From Mobula hypostoma (taxonomy: Eukaryota), in assembly GCF_963921235.1 (NCBI RefSeq), contig NC_086102.1:163432001-163496000 (forward strand): a stretch of 64,000 nt of DNA, in the 5' to 3' direction. Shown here in pieces: positions 26,639 through 37,853 of this stretch. The notes beneath the pieces were generated by a model, which saw nothing but the letters and a program-made list of their open reading frames with translations, did not search any database and was not told the DNA's origin. The position numbers and the translations under genes are program-made. Within the stretch, counting starts at the first letter, position 1. Each line of letters opens with the position of its first letter.

Positions 26639-28029
26639 TTGTTCAAAAAAGGTAGTAGGGATAGTCCCGGTAATTATAGACCAGTGAGCCTTACGTCTGT
26701 GGTGGGAAAGCTTCTTAGAGATAGGATCTATGGGCATTTAGAGAACCATGGTCTGATCAAAGACAGTCAGCATGGCTTTGTGAAGGGCAGATTGTGTCTA
26801 ACAAGCCTGATAGAGTTCTTTGAGGAGGCGACCAGGCATATAGAAGAGGGTAGTGCAGTGGATGTGATCTATATGGATTTTATTAAGGCATTTGACAAGG
26901 TTCCACATGGTAGACTTCTTCAGAAAGTCAGAAGGCATAGGATCCAGGGAAGTTTGGCCAGGTGGATTCAGAATTGGCTTGCCTGCAGAAGGCAGAGGGT
27001 CATGGTGGAGAGAGTACATTCAGACTGGAGGATTGTGACTAGTGGTGTCCCCTAAGGATCTGTTCTGGGACCTCTACTTTTCGTGATTTTTATTAACGAC
27101 CTGGATGTGGTGTTAGAAGGGTGGGTTGGCAAGTTTGCAGACGACACAAAGGTTGGTGGTGTTGTAGATAGTGCAGAGGATTGTCAAAGATTGCAGAGAG
27201 ACATTGATAAGATGCAGAAGTGGGCTGAGAAGTGGCAGATGGAGTTCAACCCGGAGAAGTGTGAGGTGGTACACTTTGGAAGGACAAACTCCAAGGCAGA
27301 GTACAAAGTAAATGGCAGGATACTTGGTAGTGTGGAGGAGCAGATGGATCTGGGGGTATATGTCCACAGATCCCTAAAAGTTGCCTCACAGGTAGATAGT
27401 GTAGTTAAGAAAGCTTATGGGGTGTTAGCTTTCATAAGTCGAGGGATAGAGTTTAAGAGTCGCGATGTAATGATGCAGCTCTATAAAACTCTGGTTAGGC
27501 CACACTTGGAGTACTGTGGCCAGTTCTGGTCACCTCACTATAGGAAGGATGTGGAAGCATTGGAAAGGGTACAGAGGAGATTTACCAGAATGCTGGCTGG
27601 TTTAGAGAGTATGGATTATGATCAGAGATTAAGGGAGCTAGAGCTTTACTCTTTGGAGAGAAGGAGGATGAGAGGAGACATGATAGAGGTGTACAAGATA
27701 ATAAGAGGTATAGATAGAGTGGATAGCCAGCACCTCTTCCCCAGGGCACCACTGCTCAATAAAAGAGGACATGGCTTTAAGGTAAGGGGTGGGAAGTTCA
27801 AGGGGGATATTAGAGGAAGGTTTTTTACTCAGAGAGTGGTTGGTGTGTGGAATGCACTGCCTGAGTCAGTGGTGGAGGCAGGTACACTAGTGAAGTTTAA
27901 GAGACTACTAGACAGGTATATGGAGGAATTTAAGGTGGGGGGGTTATATGGGAGGCAGGGTTTGAGGGTCGGCACAACATTGTGGGCCGAAGGGCCTGTA
28001 CTGTACTGTACTATTCTATGTTCTATGTT
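26639..28029 (+). mobile_element. Young 5'-truncated CR1 LINE (RT domain)
   Basis: FKKGSRDSPGNYRPVSLTS..QHGF..YMDFIKAFDKVPH..GVP*GSVLGP..KFADDTK. The two ORFs share a frame and are broken by one TAA (27053-27055). Tail (TTCTATG)n. Confidence 0.95.
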
Positions 28030-31000
28030 TCAGCCTGGCTTGGAGTCCACCCAGAAGCACATAGAAAGATGAAGGGTCTGCACAGTGAATAGAGGGAGGC
28101 TTTCCCCGTTGGTAGAGGGATACAGATCTAGTGACAATACATATGAACTAAAGGGGAAGAGAACTGATATGAGAAAATACACAGCGTAGGGTTGAAATCA
28201 GGAATCCACTACCTAAAAGTCTGGCGTGTTTACATTTTGGCCTCCAAGAGGTAATAAGGTGGAGGAGAATTTGCAAGTCTTTGGGGAATGGGCGTGGGTG
28301 GAGGTGGGGAGGGGGCTCGATAATTGTTCTCTTAGAGACGGCGCCGAGTGGCCTTGTGTCATACTAATTTCATGACGAGTAAATAATGATTAGTTATAAT
28401 TTGTTAAAGCTATTATCATTTCGAAACTCCAAGTATTTAAACTCAACGCATTAAATAGTATTAAACAGAACCAGTCAGAATTGTGGCGATCCACCCATGA
28501 CTACACGTTCCGGGTGTCGGTGGGGGGGGGGGTAAAGGATATATTTTAAGATTAGGCCATATAAACCAAAAATAATTACATTTCAGAGGTGACAGTAACC
28601 AGCATATTTTATATGTAATTCTATGATTTACACGAACTGCTTTATATTTCGTGTATTTGGAAATTACTTTCATTAAACTTTTGGTTCGTTGAGAAAATAA
28701 CGTGTAAATGTAGTTAGGAATGTAAATCTTCAATCTATTAGAAGCTGGAACTACTGAAACATTCGAAAAGACGCTAATACCTGTAATGGTAAAATGCGTT
28801 TAATGCACAGTTTAGAACTGGAATATTTTTGTATGATGGACAATGTATTAAAGTGCGCATTTGAAGCAATAGGCGAAATGTAAACTGGGGAAAATTACAT
28901 TTCTTACTGCTATTAAGAATTGCGGATATAAATCGGATCTTTCAGATGAGGTACTAAATTGATTCCACTTCTGGCGTCCGGCGTCATCATCGAGCACTTC
29001 CAGGTCGTGTACAAAGCTCGGATCTATTTGGCCCGAACAACATGCGGCGTTGTAGTGACGTGATTTGTTTACAAATGTACCGCACCAGCTATGTGGTTTC
29101 TCTGAGAGAAGCTGTCAATTAGTACCGAACTGGAGAGTTTGGTGCCGCAGGCCCACGTTAGCTAGTTACTAGATTGAGGCTGCCCAATCTCACTTAGGGC
29201 ACTGACACTGACAAATTCATTTCTTCTGTCAGCACTGAATTTCAACCAGTGTTAGCGGCGGTAAGTCATACCCTATCCAAGTACGCCAAGCAGTCCTTTT
29301 TCACCCAAAGTGTTGTGTCTCATTGAATAGACTATAACTGAAATATGAATCGGCAGTTAATGCATTCAATCTATTTAACTTTTAAATATTAACCGTGCCT
29401 TAGAAACGAAAACTCGACGGCATTCTCACCAAATGTAGGCTATTCCGGCATTGTTTGATCTTGTTTAATATAACAACTCTTTAATGACAGACTATATAAT
29501 TCAAGATAATTTATGGGCCAATTTTTAAAGGTGTCTAGTTATATAAGAATATATTCTGATGTACCGTTTATTTGTAGATTGGCGCGCTATTCTAGGGAAA
29601 TGTCGTTATTCAACTATCAAGCCATCTTCCCCCAAAAGGGAAAGGAAGATGGGTAATTTAAGCCCTACTATCAAGTGGCAAATACAATAGGTCTGGTTGA
29701 CTTTCCTGTTTTCTCCGAATAATGGCGCTGTTTTCGATTCCCCAAAGAGACAATTTGCTCAAGAAAATATGAAACTTATTGAAGGCAGAATTTTATTAAT
29801 AGTGCTCTAGGATTCACGATTAGACGAGCCGCCATTTCTGCGGCATTTCCATTGTACTGTACTATTTTTCTGCGGCTTTCTTCGGTACCTGATGTACATA
29901 CCTACACGCGCCGGGAGCACAAAAAAAGTTGATTGGTGCACAAGAGGTCTTCTAATATTCTGCAGTGTGCAGAAAACATGCAGTGATTCCCCCCCCCCCA
30001 TTCATTGTCTATTTCAAGCTTGATTTTTCAATTTTCGATCCAATCTAGTGATTTATACTAATGAATTTCTGAGATGTAAGTTTCTGATGGAACATTTGGA
30101 ATAGAAAGAACGGGCGTTTGCAAGCATATTGAACACAGTTACATGGAATGTAACAGTTCCACCCGTTTAAGTTTCAATCATCTTCCAACATTTTTAGGAT
30201 ACTAAAATTATTTTAAAGTATCAGCGTTATATTGCTTATCATTTGAAATATGTTATTTAATCTGCAATTAATACTTTTCTAATCAAGTCAAATATAAGCG
30301 GGAGAAATGGGGGCATAAGCGGGAGCATTCGTTAGGTCAGCCTTCCAGGAATCTAAACAAAATTGCGACTCAAAGACAGAAATATTCATTGTTACTTTAT
30401 CTGATTCTCCTCTTAAATTTAGCTAAATCTTAAAAGCAAATCTTCTTTTTGATTTATTATAACGTGACCAAAACAACTGAAGCTTGAAGACTTCCTCACT
30501 GATTTCCATAATCGGCCCCAATTATTGGCCGTGTTTTTTTAAAATTAGAAAGCATCTTAGAGAAGGAAAATAATGCGTTCTTCGCTTAGTAATGTGGCTT
30601 AAACCTCAGTACGATCGATGTTTTCTTTACGACCGTTAAGTGTCATCAGATTTCTTAACGGTGGATTTCTTAACCCAGGAACACTACCTTACAGTGTTGC
30701 CCTCTCTTTGCACTATTTTTCATATATTTGTATTGTAACTTATAGTAAATGTTATGTATTGCAAGATACTGCTACCGCAAAACAACAACTTTCGTGATAT
30801 GTTATTCATAATAAACCTGATTCAGATTCCTATACCTGAGCACATAACTAAAGGATGAACGGGTCACATTCAACAAAATACGCACACTTCGCCTCTGTAA
30901 ATCCTCGTCGTGCTAAAGGGAATGGCCATTCTTAACTCACTTTTCCAAAGCTATGATCTCCTTGCCTATACATTTTGTAATGGTTTATATTTGGTTAAAA

Positions 31001-31419
31001 TTCGCATAATTCTAATTCATACATGTTATCTAGTATCCAAGCATTGCATGAAGTTTTACATCCTCAAAATATTTAAAATGTAAGATGACGACGAGCAAAA
31101 ATAATGTAATAACTGTCAAAACATTGAATTTCCTGCAGTCTCTGTACGTATTATGTGAAATAAATCATAAAGGAAAACAATGAGGTAAATTGTATTGAAG
31201 GACTGCCCAAAAAAGTATTATATTCCAATGAACATCAATACAAGCGAGCGCTGAGCGTTATTGGCCAGCAGTTGTCACGCGGATAATTTATATGTTAAAA
31301 CACTATGCACCCAATGAGGACCTTCTGCTGCTCGTTCCCGGGCGAAGTTGATATCAAATACTCACAAGCCAATGGTTTCATTCTGAGAAACACACTGACG
31401 TGTTCATAAAAGTAAAACA

Positions 31420-32200
31420 AAAATGCCACAAATGCTCAGCGGTCAGTCAGTATCTTGGAAGGAGAAGTACACCTATTTTTCTAGGTTTATGTTTTTTCAT
31501 CAGAACTGGGAAATATCAGAACTGTAACGGCTTGTAAACAAGTGCAGATGCAAAGAGAGGCAACATTGAAAAAATGAAGGAAGATATGGGTCCAAGGCAG
31601 AATACCTTAAAATAAAAAAGGAACGAGCCAGTGTGAAAGAATAAAAGAAACAAATGATGATTATGAAGTAGAATTATTACTAATCTTTGTTAAGTAGAGA
31701 ACAATTGGACAGGATTCACGGGAAATTGTTAAATTCAGTGGACAGTCCATAAGTGCCTAAGTGAAAGGTGTAGTGTATTCTCCAATATATTTTGTTTCGG
31801 ATGAAGCATTCCAGCATGAATAGACTGGCCTTGTTTCACATAGAACTTAGGGAGCTGAGGGGAAAATAACCGCGTTATACCAAATTACGAGGGTAGATAA
31901 GGAGGAGCCTTTTCCCCTTACCCTTAAAACCAGAGGATTTAATGTCAGGGCAGGAGATTGAAATGGAACTGCATGAAAATTCTCTTTCACTCCGCAAGCA
32001 TTAAAATCTAAAGCAGACCGTCAGGAGGGCGAGCCTGCGGGGAAAAGGGTGGGGGAGCTATTCGGAACAGAGAGTCTCTCAATATTTAAGGAGTATTTCG
32101 ACAAGCGCTTGAGCTGTCATAGCATAGAAGGCAAAGGGTCAATGTGGGAAATCCAATTAGTATGGATGGGTACTTAATGGTCGGCAAGGACGCGAGGGGC
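31420..32200. mobile_element. Old Penelope terminal fragment plus CR1 3' remnant; last clear TE block before the cluster
   Basis: aaatgctcagcggtcagtcagtatct Penelope-type end; CR1-like gagggtagataaggaggagccttttccc...atttaaggagtatttcgacaagcgcttga. Confidence 0.5.
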
Positions 32201-33075
32201 TATGCCAGTCTTTGGCATTTATCCTGAATCTTGCGGGCGCAGTGTTTGCAGTTGACGATATAGAGTTCAGAGTGCTGGCACAGGTACTCTGTAAGGTGTT
32301 TATTCTCCATGATGTAGAAAAGAACATTACACATAAGAGCTGAACTGCACCATTTGGGCCCATCAACCATGTTAAGGGCCACGTGCACAGATCGAATCTG
32401 GAACAAGTAGCGATAAATCTTTGCTCATGTTTGCTCCTTGACAGTTGAGAAGTCAGGATACACGATATCTGATATTCCATCTTAGCAGATGATGCCACAC
32501 AAGGACCCGAATGACCGGAGAATGGGCTGGCGAGATTGCGATGAGAAAGGTTCCCTCGGAAATGCCCAAGGAGGAGGAGGATAAGGAGACGCGTTTGTTA
32601 GTAATCGCCTGCACCCGGTGGCAAAAACGACAAAAGATGGGCCCTTGAATGTGCGGACCATGTTTATATTCGGGCACACTGATTAACTCAGATCAAAACG
32701 GAGAATGACTGCCGTAGACTGAGGCTATCCAATATTTCACTGCGACAAATCTTTCTTTGCCAGAGGGCTCCTTTATTGCATTATTTTTGTTAGCAGTAAA
32801 TTTCGCAGAAACATTGGAATCCCTCCAGCGCTGACTGAAATATGCACTCCATGTGATATTAGTTAATTGTAACAAACTTTAGTATTAAATGATTAACCTT
32901 TCAATATACAGCAATTTAGATAAATATTTTATGATGGACTACAAACCTCAAAATTAATCGAAATTAGCGAACAGCCCATGTGATACGCCCTTCCACCAAC
33001 GCAATGAATTGGCGGCATATTAATTGTGCGTCAGCCCGAAAATAAGGTTAAATATTCATTTATGCAGTGCCACAG

Positions 33076-33088
33076 TGAACTTTGACCC
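33076..33088 (-). promoter_or_regulatory. DR1 nuclear receptor element
   Basis: Minus strand GGGTCA-a-AGTTCA, about 200 bp from the DR5. Confidence 0.55.
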
Positions 33089-33289
33089 ATGAGTCTATTT
33101 AAAGACAAGATGAACGCGTCGCCTTAATTTACTGATTTACCTTAAGCATTAAAAGCAAAAAAAAACCTCATTAAATAAAGATAATCATATGTTTCGTACA
33201 GGTTATTTTTGACTTTAAAAAGACTGAGAAATAGTGATCACAATAGGAAGCCTTGAAGAGTAAAGATCGATCTGGTTAATTTTTTTTCA

Positions 33290-33306
33290 TGAACTTTCAG
33301 TGAACC
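33290..33306 (-). promoter_or_regulatory. DR5 retinoic acid response element 3' of HoxD1
   Basis: Minus strand GGTTCA-ctgaa-AGTTCA; one spacer base differs from the Hoxa1 3' RARE GGTTCAccgaaAGTTCA (from memory). About 3.1 kb downstream of the stop. Confidence 0.8.
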
Positions 33307-34144
33307 TGGTTCTGGGGGTGGGGTCGGTGGGATGCCTGCTATGGTTCACCCTTTCACAACCCCTTTCAGGCAGAGTAAATATTGAATAGTTCTTCCGCTG
33401 TGAGCAGAAGTAAAACGGGATATCAAACAAGTGCAAACGAGTATTGTGGCCCTTTACAATACAGTCACAGTAACGAACAATTTTCGCATTGTGCTAATAA
33501 AATGCCGAGCATCCCCCACGTCTTCAGGAGCTTTGGGGAGTAATCACGACTGGGATCAGAGGTACGATAAGATAAAAGCGAACAATAGGCGCCTAACAGC
33601 AAGGGACAAGACAAAAGACCTGCTAGTTTATAACATGCAATCGCACCAGGATATGCCATCTCCCGAGGCGTAACGGAGCATCACTTACTTATACTCCCCA
33701 AAAGCACCAAATTTTAAAACCACTATCCCGGTCTGTGTGTAACATACGTTTTTCCTAAAAGCAAAATAAATATTAAATGCAATCATCTTTTAGACGAACA
33801 ATTTCCCTGGGCATAGAAAATACAACGACCGTCCCCTACGAGTCATCATCAAAGGAATGTGGATTTCATATCAAAGATTTCCGAGTTGATTCCCAAGGAG
33901 GTCATTGTAAAATTTACGACTTCAGCCAGTCTTTGAAATGCCGCTTCTTGGGGCCTGATGTGTATTATTTCAGTGGAACTGTAATTAACACTGAGTTGGT
34001 AGGACCAAATGGTCGAAACATTTGGATGTAAAATATTGGCATATTGATTGAGTCCTCTTTTGCTGGTTTTATTAGAAACCTGTGTAGTTCTAGAATATGC
34101 AACTTGTTTGAATTACACAGAAACACAGAACAGCAATCAAAACC

Positions 34145-34409
34145 TAACGGAATACTGCGATGTAAGCAATTGATGTTGAAAAATGACCAATTGTCTTCAT
34201 CGTTTAGAAAAAAAGCCCACATGTTTAAATACGCTTTGAAATTGAGTCTAAAGAAAAGATGTTGCACGCATTGTGCATATTGCTAGTAACAGAGTATCGC
34301 GATGTAAGCAATTAGTGTTTAAAATTGACTAATTTTCCTCGTCGTTGCGGGAAAAAAAACACATTTTTAAATACACATTGAAATTGAACCTAAAAAAAGG
34401 ATGTTGGAC
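34145..34409. repeat. Imperfect direct duplication (about 123 bp, period 142)
   Basis: gcgatgtaagcaatt...tttaaatac...ttgaaattga..ctaaa.aaa.gatgttg.ac occurs at 34145-34267 and 34287-34409. Confidence 0.85.
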
Positions 34410-35616
34410 TTATCCAAGGACGTACTGATAATCACAAGCTTAACCTTAAATGATATTGACATGTGTGGATGTGTAAATGCTTTGTCAAGGTTCATATATT
34501 TCAAAAGCACTTCACTGCCGGCGTATGAGGTTGAAAGAAAGGTGTTGTATAAAAACAAGTTCTTTTACTTATCTCAACTTATTTTCCTTTGATGCTCTAG
34601 CTACACGCTCAATTTCAAGTTACGTCAAGCATGTCGATGATCATTGCCCGAAATTATTGTCATCATCTCCATCATCACCTGTACAACCAACCAGTGACGA
34701 TTTAAACGCAGATTCAATTGTCTAATTAAATGGTTGTGCTTTAAATATAGATACAGCTGTATATTAAACATTGATGCAGCATTATCCACAGCAAGCTGCC
34801 AACGTAAGTGGTAATTCAAATACAGCTGTCTGTGAATAATCATGAAATAGATACAATTAAAATTGATAGTGTAATTTTAACAAATTATACAACTGCCTTT
34901 TGATATTCAGCAGCAAAACCGTTCCATTTTATAACACACCTTTTTACAATTGTGAAATGATTTCTTATCGGTCGAAGTAATTTATGTCTCCGCTGCCTTG
35001 TTTTTCTGACGAGTACCAAGGATGAGGAACCTGTCTGTAACTGAGTGATTTCGGCAAGGCCCATTGACCTCACCATCAAAACGTTCAAGCACATGCTACA
35101 AAAATGAACACCTTTTCTTCAATTGCTCAGGAAGTGAAATGAATGTTTCCCTTTTCTAAGTGTATTGATCAATGCAGAGAAATGTGCTGAGCTAAGATGT
35201 TCCATCCAAGTGGGTTCATTATAACTTGTTAATAATGCAAAAGCTTGCTTCTCTTTCCTGCCTTTGGAGAGAAAGCAAGTGTCCTATGTCCTTTAAGTAA
35301 ATATTGCCTAAATAAATATTAAAATATCAATAACAGTGAAAGTTAAAGTAATACCTTGATTTTACTTTATGGAAGCCATCCACACTTCAATTATATGTTG
35401 CAGACTGCAGTCCTCTTTGTTAATTTAGTTGGCAAGGCCTTAAGCTCACTGGAGCTGTACATTGTGTTTCAAATTTGCATTGAACTGCTAAGGAAGATTT
35501 TCTTCCTTGAGTTAAATTTCAAATGTCTTTTCGAATACATTTGGCCTAATTAAGTACTGCAATTGGAGAGAAAAAGAATAAAATAATTGGAACAGTAAGT
35601 AAATAATCTAATATAT

Positions 35617-35622
35617 TTTATT
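35617..35622 (-). terminator. Candidate HoxD1 polyadenylation signal
   Basis: AATAAA on the minus strand about 820 nt after the stop, followed by U-rich sequence. Confidence 0.45.
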
Positions 35623-36439
35623 CCAAATTTGTGTTTACGTTCTCAACCTTGGACATTAGTTGTACAATAACAATACGAAAGCTGACAAATTATTTCCTGA
35701 CACAGATTAAAAATTATAGGCTTTTAAGTCAATTCATATAATAAAGCAAAATACAACGTGATCACATTTTCTTTAACTTACAGTAGTATATAATGGAGGT
35801 AGAGTATCCAAGTATCATATTTACTATTATTAGTAAAAGAACTGTAGATAGGCACAAAGTTACATAGCAGCAACTGCAACCTTTCAACCTGAGGCATAAA
35901 TTGTGCAAATTCCACCAATTGAGGACCTGTGTCAAACATGCTACGGTACATTCTCATTGTCATCACACATAAATCAATAAAAATACCATACATGTAAACA
36001 ATTTACTCCTCACAAAGTAACAATCTCACAAGGCAGTATATAGAGAAATAAACCTGCAACACTGAGGCAGCCTATTCATGGTCAGAGCTTACAACATCTG
36101 ACTGACAGCTTGTGCAAACGTGTTCTGAAGGTTTACCATCACCAGTTGAGTCATGCATGTGGTTTCACGTTTGCTTTTAACTTTGAATGGTACATTTGTG
36201 AATACACATTGCAGGTCAAAGTGAAGATATCGACTAAACTTCATAATACCCAGTTCAATAGCTACGTCATTTAAGTATATCTCAAACCAACATATAAAAA
36301 GGCTTCACTTTCTGGCTATATAATAAACGTGAAAATTATTGTCGTGTTCTAAGTGATTCGAATATATTGTGGCAGGTATTTTTGTGTAAATTATGTGGTT
36401 TGAGAACTGTTCTGATTTTTTTTCTCTCTCCAGAGCAAG

Positions 36440-36804
36440 TTATTTCAATTCAGCAAGTTTCAGAGAATCTGACGTGCCCTTTGTTGGTGACGAGGGGAAC
36501 GGCGAGGTAGAGTCCAATTTCTCAGAAGTTTTTATGAACGGTAAGTCGTCACTGCTGCCTAAACAGGTTAGACTGGCCAGGAGGCCTTCTCTCTCTCTCT
36601 TCTTTTGCTTCATTCTTCTGTTCTGGAACCAAATCTTCACCTGGGTTTCACTGAGTTGTAAGGCGTTAGCTATTTCCACGCGCCTGGTTCGAGTTAAGTA
36701 TTTATTGAAATGAAATTCCTTCTCCAGTTCCGTCAGTTGTTTGGTGGTGAAATTTGTACGAGCTGTGTTTGGAGAGCTGACGACCCCGTACTCGGTTGCT
36801 TTGG
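36440..36804 (-). CDS. hoxd1: HoxD1 coding exon 2 (homeodomain)
   Basis: Acceptor cctttgtag|CC is in phase with exon 1. Homeodomain [59 protein letters not shown]. Joined CDS 948 nt = 315 aa; intron 319 nt. Confidence 0.95.
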
Positions 36805-37123
36805 CTACAAAGGACATACAGTATGGTTATGTATAGCATTTCGTGGAAAGCACAGACAAGTTAGTTAGCAAGTACATTTCAGCATTGGCATTTTCCCCGT
36901 GTAATTTGTATTTAGAACGATTTGGTTCACTTTTCTCATGCTCAGATAAAATTACTGCCAGCGATATGAATATGGAAAGCAAAAAGAATCGACCTCACCC
37001 TTGCTGATTACTGTCTCGTTTTAAGGGTTAACATAATTATTGCTTCGGACATACCTAACAGAAGACACCCGCGCGACCGCAGATCCACAGGCGAAGAGGT
37101 CACCCACAGGGCTTTACACTGAC

Positions 37124-37706
37124 CTGTTTTGGGGGGATTTCTCTTCACTTTCATCCATTCGAAGGTATTTGCAGTGAGGATCTTTTCCATTGTGGGAGAC
37201 TCTGGACTCTGGTAGATGCTCTGAGAAGGGGATAGACTCTGATATTGCCCGGAGTAAAAGTTTGCGAACTCATTGCCATAGCTTTGGTATTGCTCCTGCT
37301 CCCGCTCCTGCTCACCAAAGACACTGTACTCGTGCTGGCGCGTACTGATCGGATAAGATGTGCCTCCCGAGTAAACAGAGGTGGTGTATGGGATAAGTCC
37401 CCCAGTGTCATCCAGCTGCTGGTTAGCAGCATAAGCAAAGTCGCAGCCGTGATGACTCGGAGGTAAGAGGTTAATGTCTGCAGTTGGAGAGGAGTTGCAG
37501 GAAAGTTCGAAGCTACCCGGTACGGCCTGATGAAGGTGATTAAGGTGATGACGGCTGGGAGATGGATCACCTTCCGGTCCAAGTGCTATGTACCGACCTT
37601 CTCCGGTGCACTGCTTCAACGAGACAGAAGGAGAATTACTGCGACAGAACTTTGGAGAAAACGTCAGAATATCTGCACTGGGAATATATTCTAAATAAGA
37701 GTTCAT
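37124..37706 (-). CDS. hoxd1: HoxD1 coding exon 1
   Basis: ORF starts MNSYLEYI and ends with the PG1 hexapeptide region NTFEWMKVKRNPPKT. Donor ACAG|GTCAGT at 37124/37123; 583 nt, phase 1. D-cluster identity from Mtx2 linkage and homeodomain residues. Confidence 0.95.
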
Positions 37707-37829
37707 TCTTCCAATGCTGGGCTAGAGGAGAATGGAATGTTGGGCGCTACTGTCTATCCCCGATCACCATGGCAGATCCTTGACTTTGCAAAGCAGAGGA
37801 AGTAAATATTCCTAATATTGAGCAGGGAA

Positions 37830-37853
37830 GTCACGTGATCGTAGTCCACCAAT
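37830..37853 (-). promoter_or_regulatory. HoxD1 proximal promoter (E-box + CCAAT box)
   Basis: GTCACGTGAT at 37830-37839 and CCAAT at 37849-37853, 125-150 bp upstream of the ATG, at the edge of a CpG-rich region. Confidence 0.65.

Larger units (their letters stand above)
23468..28068 (-). mobile_element. Near full-length decayed Rex1/Babar LINE hosting two later insertions
   Basis: APE N-terminus GGLQARLK (28030-28053) rejoins RRGTRPVLCSILFANVQSLENNIEDLRARL..CFTETWL (<26638); RT LDPLQFAYRYNRSTED; 3' tail at about 23470. Confidence 0.85.
23000..28360 (+). mobile_element. Old CR1 3' region split by the Rex element (about 23000-23468 and 28069-28360)
   Basis: LEKLG..S..RRSLWRDMKEV on the left continues as MKGLH....EAFP on the right, matching the CR1 consensus LFSLERRRLRGD.IEV.KI.KG.DRV..LFP. 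Confidence 0.6.

Noticed and set aside
37008-37123. HoxD1 exon 1 ORF running into the intron (homeodomain-less isoform)
   Set aside because: A good donor is present and a 38-codon read-through is unremarkable without transcript data.
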